A stretch of 64,000 bases of DNA from Thermoproteota archaeon (GTDB taxonomy: Archaea; Korarchaeota; Korarchaeia; Korarchaeales; Korarchaeaceae), in assembly GCA_026986575.1 (NCBI GenBank), contig JALSOH010000006.1, positions 224,001-288,000 of the forward strand, written 5' to 3'. Of the stretch, positions 57,933 through 64,000 are shown piece by piece. Made by a program: the position numbers and the translations under genes. A model generated the notes under the pieces. That model had not been told where the DNA came from, did not search any database, and saw only the letters and a list, made by a program, of their open reading frames with translations. Position 1 is the first letter of the stretch. Every line of letters begins with the position of its first letter.

Positions 57933-59737
57933 GCCATGTGCTTGAACGCTATAACCCTTAACACGTCTGACGCGTCTTCAACGGCGTCTATCATGTTCTC
58001 AAAGAGCTCCACAAAGTCCCTCAGGTTCATGAGCTTGACCACATTCATCTCCACGTGGAGCAGCTCCTCCATAGCCTGCTGGTGGAGCTCGTCGAACACC
58101 GACTCAAGCGTGTCGATCTCGCTCACAATCTCTAAGGATGACTCTATGTCCTCTCTCATGATCTCTATGGACCTAAAAAGCCTGTTTGAGATCCATTTGG
58201 AGATCCTAGCCATCTCCTCCATGAGCTTCCTTATTCTCTGGGGTATATCGTCTGGATCTAGAGTCCTTAGCCTCCTAGAGGCGCCTAGAGCGAAAGAGGC
58301 TACCCTGTCCACCCTGCCTACGAGCCTAGCGAAGTCAGCCTTATCTTGGCCCGAGAGGCTGCTGAACCAGAGCTGCCTGTCTATGGCTATCCTGATCTCA
58401 TCGGCCTGCCTCTCATACTCCTTAACCATCTTGAAATTCCTCTCATCTCTTACCCCTTTAGAGTAGCTGCTCACCATATCGGCAAAGCTCTCCACAGCTT
58501 TAACGACCTTGGAAGCGTGATCCACCACCATATCGTAGGCTGGCCAGAAGGGTCTCGTCTCCTTCATAAGGAAGATGAGGAATGATCCAGCAGCCATCAT
58601 CAGGGCAGTGAGCATGAAGGTACCTCCGAACCCATAGACCTCGCCCACGACTCCTAGGGTCAGGGCACCGGTCATATAGCCGAAGTCCCTGAGCGACGTA
58701 TACAGGCCCATTGAACGCCCCCTTACCGTGGGCGGGGCTGCGTCAGCCGAGATGGCGGGAAGGATGGGGTAGTAGAGGCCCACACCCAGCCCCAAGGTGG
58801 CGGAGGCCAGAGCTAGGTAGAGGGGATCTCTCAGGGAGTGGAGGAGATATATGCTGGCGGCCTTGATGGAGAACCCCATGAAGATGGGGATCCTCCTACC
58901 GAAAACATCCGATATCCTCCCGGAGAACGGCATCAGGAGGGCCCAAGAGAGGGTGTTCAGACCCTGTATGAAACCTATTTGGGTGGTCCCTAACCCCAAG
59001 GAACTCAAGTAAAGGGGTAAGAGCCCCCATACGAGCGCATCAGAGAACTGAGCCACGTGGCCTAGGAAGTAGGTGAGCCTCAGGGTCCCGCTTCTCAAAC
59101 ACATGGAATACGCTTGCACCGTGGGTATCTCCTCTATTTCTGCTTCCTCGACCCTTGTTTCGGAGATGCCCACCAAGGAAAGAACAAGGGCTAGGGCCGA
59201 GGCGACCAATGTTATGTAGAAGGCATCAGGTATGTTCCTGACCTCGGACACGTAGCCTCCTAGAAACGATCCCACAGTATATCCGCCGTAAACTGAGGCC
59301 TCCATTATGCCTAGGCTGAGCCCGTGCCTCTCCCTCCCTCCAGCCTCCGATAGAACTATCATCACGCCAGAATCGACCAACCCTTGGCTCCAACCCATCA
59401 TGAGAGAGGCGGCAGCCACCATTAACAGATCCTTGCTGTATATGAGCAGGAGGGTACCGGCGAAGAACACTCCCGCTCCCAAAACGACAGCTACCTTCCT
59501 GCCCAACTTGTCCGCTAGGTATCCGGCCAGCAAGTCAGCCAGACCCTTGAAGGCTCCGAATGAGAGTATGGGGAGGAGCACGATGAAGAGGTAAGAATAG
59601 GCCTCTTGGACGAATCCACCCACGTACAGCGGGAGGACCGCTCTCTGCACACCCATGCCCGCCCCTATGGACAGGGCAGTCATGGCAGCAGAGACCATTA
59701 TCCTTCCGGAGTCTCTCCCGCTCAATCCTCGAATCAC
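57920..59737 (-). CDS. MFS transporter fused to DUF47/PhoU-like domain
   Basis: 12-TM MFS (GYLADKLGRK, GRISDVFGRR) followed by ERQADEIR...ES..DE...DAVEDASD helical repeats. Confidence 0.85.
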   Translation of the reverse strand: MIRGLSGRDSGRIMVSAAMTALSIGAGMGVQRAVLPLYVGGFVQEAYSYLFIVLLPILSFGAFKGLADLLAGYLADKLGRKVAVVLGAGVFFAGTLLLIYSKDLLMVAAASLMMGWSQGLVDSGVMIVLSEAGGRERHGLSLGIMEASVYGGYTVGSFLGGYVSEVRNIPDAFYITLVASALALVLSLVGISETRVEEAEIEEIPTVQAYSMCLRSGTLRLTYFLGHVAQFSDALVWGLLPLYLSSLGLGTTQIGFIQGLNTLSWALLMPFSGRISDVFGRRIPIFMGFSIKAASIYLLHSLRDPLYLALASATLGLGVGLYYPILPAISADAAPPTVRGRSMGLYTSLRDFGYMTGALTLGVVGEVYGFGGTFMLTALMMAAGSFLIFLMKETRPFWPAYDMVVDHASKVVKAVESFADMVSSYSKGVRDERNFKMVKEYERQADEIRIAIDRQLWFSSLSGQDKADFARLVGRVDRVASFALGASRRLRTLDPDDIPQRIRKLMEEMARISKWISNRLFRSIEIMREDIESSLEIVSEIDTLESVFDELHQQAMEELLHVEMNVVKLMNLRDFVELFENMIDAVEDASDVLRVIAFKHMAWPV

Positions 59738-60280
59738 CTGAGGGTCTCAAACTCCTCCTTGAGGAACTCGGGTAGAAGGGCGCACACCTCCCTATAAAAA
59801 TCGACCCGGGAATTGGCCCTCACGCACTCGCAGAACTGGGGCACCCACTGGAGCAGGTGGTCCTCCAAGAAGGATTTAGCCTCATCCAAGGCATCCTCCT
59901 CACCTAATAGATAGAGGTAGCGGAGGAATTCGAGCTCCGCTGATATATGTTCTGGGAGGTCCTTGAATTCGTCGGAAACATCGACGCCGAAGGCCCTCAT
60001 CCTGTCCTGAACGTCAACGGCTAGGTGGGACATGAGCACCTTATCCTCAGTCCTATATACCGATTCGTAGGGGGGAGGGTATATCCTTGCCAAATCTGAA
60101 GAGCCTTACGTACTCTTGATTCATTAAATGGGGATCCTCCACCCTTAAATCAGATTGGGGCCACCTCTCCCTAACTTTCTCCAGTAGAGACTCAATTTCC
60201 TTCACCCACTCTTCCGTGGGCCTCATGAACGCCAAGGTGAAGAACTCGAGCAGCTGGGCGCTCTCCTCTCTCCCACTCAT
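59734..60280 (-). pseudogene. TorD/DmsD-family chaperone with frameshift
   Basis: EYVRLF in one frame; PYESVY...PEHISAELEFL...HLLQW in another; junction at G6 run 60070-75. Confidence 0.8.
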
Positions 60281-60311
60281 AATCTGGGGTGGAAGCCCCC
60301 TCATATTAAGG

Positions 60312-60698
60312 TTATCTAAGACAGCCGAGCGGCAAGTATCTCTCGATGACACCCTTTATCTTCCTCAAGGAGCTCTCAAGCTCAAGGATAATTTGAGAAT
60401 CTCCCTCGACGAAGCTCACGTCCACGCACGCGCCCTTAGTGTGATGGTGCGTTCTTGTGATCACGCAGCTCCCATACCTCTCCAGCACTCTGGAGACCAG
60501 CTCGCTGCTCCTCCCCTCGGATACCACAATAAGCACGCCTCTGCATCTATGGGGGGTTAGGAGGTGAACCCTGTCTTCTATGACCTCCACCAATATGCTC
60601 TGTATTAGGGAGGACCTGCTCATCCCCAGCTTGGACGACAGCTCATCTATCTTCTCTACCAAGTCCTCGGGGAGGGAGATACCAAACCTCCTCTTCAT
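60312..60698 (-). CDS. NikR-like RHH-ACT metal-responsive regulator
   Basis: RFGISLPEDL..SRS RHH; THHH...C metal site. Confidence 0.8.
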   Translation of the reverse strand: MKRRFGISLPEDLVEKIDELSSKLGMSRSSLIQSILVEVIEDRVHLLTPHRCRGVLIVVSEGRSSELVSRVLERYGSCVITRTHHHTKGACVDVSFVEGDSQIILELESSLRKIKGVIERYLPLGCLR

Positions 60699-60704
60699 AC
60701 TACC

Positions 60705-61511
60705 TTACCTTCCCCTCAGTAGGGATATCAGGTAGAATCCCAGCATAACGATACCTATAACCCCCGAAGGTGCCAATCCGGTGGCCACGCTTATCAGCAG
60801 GCCCATCAGGCCGCCAGCCAGCGACAGGAGGAACCCGAGTATCACTGCCACTCTACCGCTCTTGGCCAGAGCGGACGCGGTTATGCCAGGGAGGAGGACC
60901 ATCACGTGCTCGACCACGAATCCAACGGCCTTCAACAGTCCAACGGTGGCTATGGCTAAAGAGGCGACCATCATAGCATCGTAGAGGGAGGCCCTGACAC
61001 CCGACAGCCTGACGAAGTCCCTGTCCACCCCTATGAGTATGTGCTCCCTCAGGAAGGGAACTGTCAGGACGAGAACTATAGCAGAGACGGCGATTGTGAA
61101 CCAGACGTCCTCCCAAGTCACAAGTAGGGGATCCCCGATTATGTAGGACCAGACGCTGGTCTCCATCGGGAAGGCCGTTAATATGTAGTATAGGGATATG
61201 GTGGTAAGGGAGACGCTTACCGAGACGAATATCGCTGTGGCAGAGTCGGGCCTGACTCCCCTAGATATGAGGAGAGAGACCGTGGACACTAAGATGAGGC
61301 TGAAGACTATCGAGCAGATCTCGAAGGGGCACCCCAAGAGGTTCATCGTTATTATAGCCAGTAGAGCCGAGAGGAGGGCGGAGTGGGGAAGAGCTCCAGC
61401 TAGGAAGAGGAGCCTCCTCGCCACCACCACGGGGCTGAGCACCCCGTAGACAATGGAGGCGAGGCCCACCACTATGATCCATCTGGGATCCAGTACGAGC
61501 TCAAATGGCAT
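60705..61511 (-). CDS. Zn/Mn ABC permease (ZnuB-like)
   Basis: ALPHSAL, YIIGDPL, AVGFV, PSGVI. Confidence 0.88.
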   Translation of the reverse strand: MPFELVLDPRWIIVVGLASIVYGVLSPVVVARRLLFLAGALPHSALLSALLAIITMNLLGCPFEICSIVFSLILVSTVSLLISRGVRPDSATAIFVSVSVSLTTISLYYILTAFPMETSVWSYIIGDPLLVTWEDVWFTIAVSAIVLVLTVPFLREHILIGVDRDFVRLSGVRASLYDAMMVASLAIATVGLLKAVGFVVEHVMVLLPGITASALAKSGRVAVILGFLLSLAGGLMGLLISVATGLAPSGVIGIVMLGFYLISLLRGR

Positions 61512-62271
61512 AGCCATCCACCACGTGGACGCACTTTTCAACTATGAAGACGCTCCTACCGTACACCTTGCTTAGCAGCTCCTCCTTTATGACCTGATCG
61601 GGAGGACCCAGCGCGACTATCCCCCTGTTCACGACCATTATCAGCTTGGCCCTGTCGAGGAACATGCTTGGATCGTGGCTGCTCACCATCACCAGCTTGG
61701 ATGAGGACATCTCCTTGATCATCCTGACCAAGTCCACCCTTCCCATAGGGTCCACCGCAGTAAGGGGCTCGTCCATTATCAGGATGGAGGGATCCCAAAC
61801 TAGGGCCCTAGCTATGAAGACCCTCTGTCTCTGGCCCCCGGACAGCTCTGAAAGTGGTTTGCCTGCTATATCATCCACACCCATCCTTCTAAGAGCTGAC
61901 TCTATCCTCTCCCTCTCGTCCTTGGGGAAGGAGAGCCTAGGAGGCCTCCTCCTCAGGGCTATGGCCGACTCGACTATCTCCCTGACGCTAACAGGAAAGC
62001 CGTAATCCTCCCCCTTCCACTGAGGAACGTATCCTATGAGCTTGCCAGCCCTCTCTGGCCTGCCGGTCACATCCTCTCCGTTGATTAGGACTTTCCCCTT
62101 GACGGTTATCAGTCCCAAAAGCGCCTTGAACAGTGTGGTCTTTCCAGCGCCATTGGGACCCATCACCACCACTAGACCGGGCCCCTCGAGTCGAAATTCC
62201 TCGTTAGAGAATATCTCCTCATCACCGTAGCTTACCCGGAGCCCCCTCACCTCTAGGGTCAGCGCGCTCAT
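61501..62271 (-). CDS. Zn/Mn ABC ATPase (ZnuC-like)
   Basis: GPNGAGKTT, GYVPQ, LSGGQRQRV.IARAL; start ATG 62271. Confidence 0.9.
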   Translation of the reverse strand: MSALTLEVRGLRVSYGDEEIFSNEEFRLEGPGLVVVMGPNGAGKTTLFKALLGLITVKGKVLINGEDVTGRPERAGKLIGYVPQWKGEDYGFPVSVREIVESAIALRRRPPRLSFPKDERERIESALRRMGVDDIAGKPLSELSGGQRQRVFIARALVWDPSILIMDEPLTAVDPMGRVDLVRMIKEMSSSKLVMVSSHDPSMFLDRAKLIMVVNRGIVALGPPDQVIKEELLSKVYGRSVFIVEKCVHVVDGYAI

Positions 62272-62300
62272 CGTGCACAAAGATGGCATATCAAATATAA

Positions 62301-62316
62301 AGGAGTGCACACTCCT
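62301..62316. promoter_or_regulatory. Palindrome in the divergent metal-ABC promoter
   Basis: AGGAGTG-ca-CACTCCT adjacent to AATATAAA. Confidence 0.45.
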
Positions 62317-62323
62317 AAGGGCG

Positions 62324-63286
62324 ATGAGGGCGGGCGCTCTCTTACTGCTGCTGGCTCTAACTATGGCAGTGCAATCGACTGAGGGCTCACCTAAGGGCCT
62401 CAACTTAGTCGTGACCTTCTCCAATCTGAAGTACGATGTGGATCTCTTAGCATGCCCCTCCGACAGCGTGGCCTCCCTTGTACCACCCGGAGTCGATCCG
62501 CACGACTACGAGCTCAAACCGGAGGACGTAAACTTGCTAAGAGATGCGGACATCATAGTATCCACGGCTCATGCCCCCTTCGAGAGACTCATCAGGGATA
62601 AGGTTACCTCGGGTGAGATAAGAGCGGAGTTGGTGGAAATCCCCAAGCTGGGGCTCAAGATCCTAACGAATCCAGCAACTAAGCAGCCCAACTACCACAT
62701 GCCCATCTACGATCCCGACAACTACCTCAAGTTCATGGAGCGTCTGAGCGGGATAATGGCTAGGAAGAACCCCGAGTGCGCCTCCCAGTATATGGAGAGA
62801 TATGATCGGGTAAGGGAGAAGATCCTGAAGATAAAAATGGAAGCGCCCCGCTTGAACCTGTCGGCCGTCGCCGCGAGTCCCGTCGCTCAGTACGCGATTG
62901 AATGGACCGGGGTGAAGGTGAGGTACCTGCTCATAAAGGAGAGGGGGGTTCCAGCGACGCCTCCCGAGCTGGCGGAGATCAGGAGGAGGGCTCTCACCGG
63001 AGAGATAGGGGTCATGGTATTGGCAGGTAATGCGAGGACCCCGCTTAACAAGAAGGCTGTGGAAATGGCTGAGGAGATGGGCATACCTTGGATAAACGTC
63101 CCATCACCGCTCGAACCAAGGAGCATCCCTGAAAAGCTTGAGGACGTAGTAAGGTCCCTCTCTAACATTGGAGAAGTTAGATCGGCGGGGATGATATACG
63201 GGTATATCCCGCTGATCATCACAGTGGTTGTGATGATCGCCTCACTATCCGCGGCGTTCTACCTGCTTAGGAGGCAACCTAATTAG
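62324..63286 (+). CDS. Zn/Mn ABC substrate-binding protein (ZnuA-like), C-terminally anchored
   Basis: VPPGVDPHDYELKP, NYH; start ATG 62324. Confidence 0.88.
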   Translation: MRAGALLLLLALTMAVQSTEGSPKGLNLVVTFSNLKYDVDLLACPSDSVASLVPPGVDPHDYELKPEDVNLLRDADIIVSTAHAPFERLIRDKVTSGEIRAELVEIPKLGLKILTNPATKQPNYHMPIYDPDNYLKFMERLSGIMARKNPECASQYMERYDRVREKILKIKMEAPRLNLSAVAASPVAQYAIEWTGVKVRYLLIKERGVPATPPELAEIRRRALTGEIGVMVLAGNARTPLNKKAVEMAEEMGIPWINVPSPLEPRSIPEKLEDVVRSLSNIGEVRSAGMIYGYIPLIITVVVMIASLSAAFYLLRRQPN

Positions 63287-63308
63287 GTATGCCACTTCCC
63301 TTGAAGGG

Positions 63309-63557
63309 ATGAGTGAATGGGCTAGGAAGGCTCATCACTATCTCAATGTGACTGGGAGGTTCAGGGGCTTCAGGAAGCTGAGCGACGGACAGAGATATGA
63401 GGTCGTTAAGGAGGGCCTGCAGGAGTTCCTAAAGCAGAACCCCCTCACTAGAGAGGAGGCTGAGGAGGCCCTTGAGTGGTTTCTCTCTAGGAGGAGAGTT
63501 CACGAGGCCCGGGCCCTAGCGAAGCTGATGAAGCTCAAGCTCGGGAAGAGGAGGTGA
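63309..63557 (+). CDS. Small hypothetical protein
   Basis: 82 aa, host-like codons, GAAGGG RBS. Confidence 0.6.
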   Translation: MSEWARKAHHYLNVTGRFRGFRKLSDGQRYEVVKEGLQEFLKQNPLTREEAEEALEWFLSRRRVHEARALAKLMKLKLGKRR

Positions 63558-64000
63558 TCACATTCAACGCTATCTGGATAGCCCTCCCGATAGTGGGTAG
63601 GGGCAGGCTGGGGACCGGCTTATCCATCCTCGAGGCCATTTCTGAGGAGTAGGGGACGTGAATGAAGCCTGCTGGCGACCTGATGCCCATAACATCCAAT
63701 GTCCTCAGCGTCTTATACATGACGTAATTGCACAGGTAAGTCCCAGCCGAGTAGGACAGGAAGGCGGGTATCCCCCTTCCCTCAAGGCCTCCATTATCTC
63801 CCTAGTCGGGAGCGTGGAGAAGTAGCATGGCGGCCCATCTGGATCTATAGGCAAATCTACTGGCTGTTCCCCATCGTTATCTGGGATCCTTGCATCTATG
63901 AGATTTATTGCGACCCTTTCAATCCTGATAACGGGCCTCTCAGGCGCGAGACCGAGGTTAAGCACAGCATCAGGCCTTATCTCTCTTATGAGCTCCTCCA
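63535..64000 (-). pseudogene. pcp: Pyroglutamyl peptidase I (5' end outside window), frameshifted
   Basis: IERVAIN.IDARIPDNDG...YFSTLP in one frame; SYSAGTYLCN...GFIHVPY in another; junction at C5 run 63772-76. Confidence 0.85.

Overview
Gene-dense chromosomal window from a thermophilic archaeon. Evidence: TATA-type promoters about 35 nt upstream of starts, GG(A/T)G/GGTGA ribosome-binding sites, and archaeal-type PyrBI, asparagine synthetase and XerA. A TACK lineage such as Korarchaeota is an inference. Most content is housekeeping or transport: pyk, a pyr operon lacking pyrD, purA, icd, argGH, tupABC, asparagine synthetase plus GltB-domain-2, xerA, serA plus aminotransferase, a Liv-type ABC system with oxoprolinase/hydantoinase and racemase, and a Zn/Mn/Ni ABC system with a NikR-like regulator. 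Two VapBC loci are present (one inactivated), plus one AT-rich foreign gene. I saw no rRNA, tRNA, CRISPR array or transposase. The best leads lie outside the ORF track: (1) a 16-codon Pro-rich peptide gene with its own RBS and terminator, among operator-like palindromes, between two divergent uncharacterised winged-helix proteins (36.4-39.4 kb); (2) an Arg-rich 8-codon leader ORF overlapping the argG start; (3) a solitary AT-rich transmembrane-Nudix gene; (4) a 5' UTR hairpin that hides an RBS, probable ATA start codons, and unusual fusions (degenerate HAD-SerA, MFS-DUF47). All family assignments come from motif recognition by eye; no searches were run.
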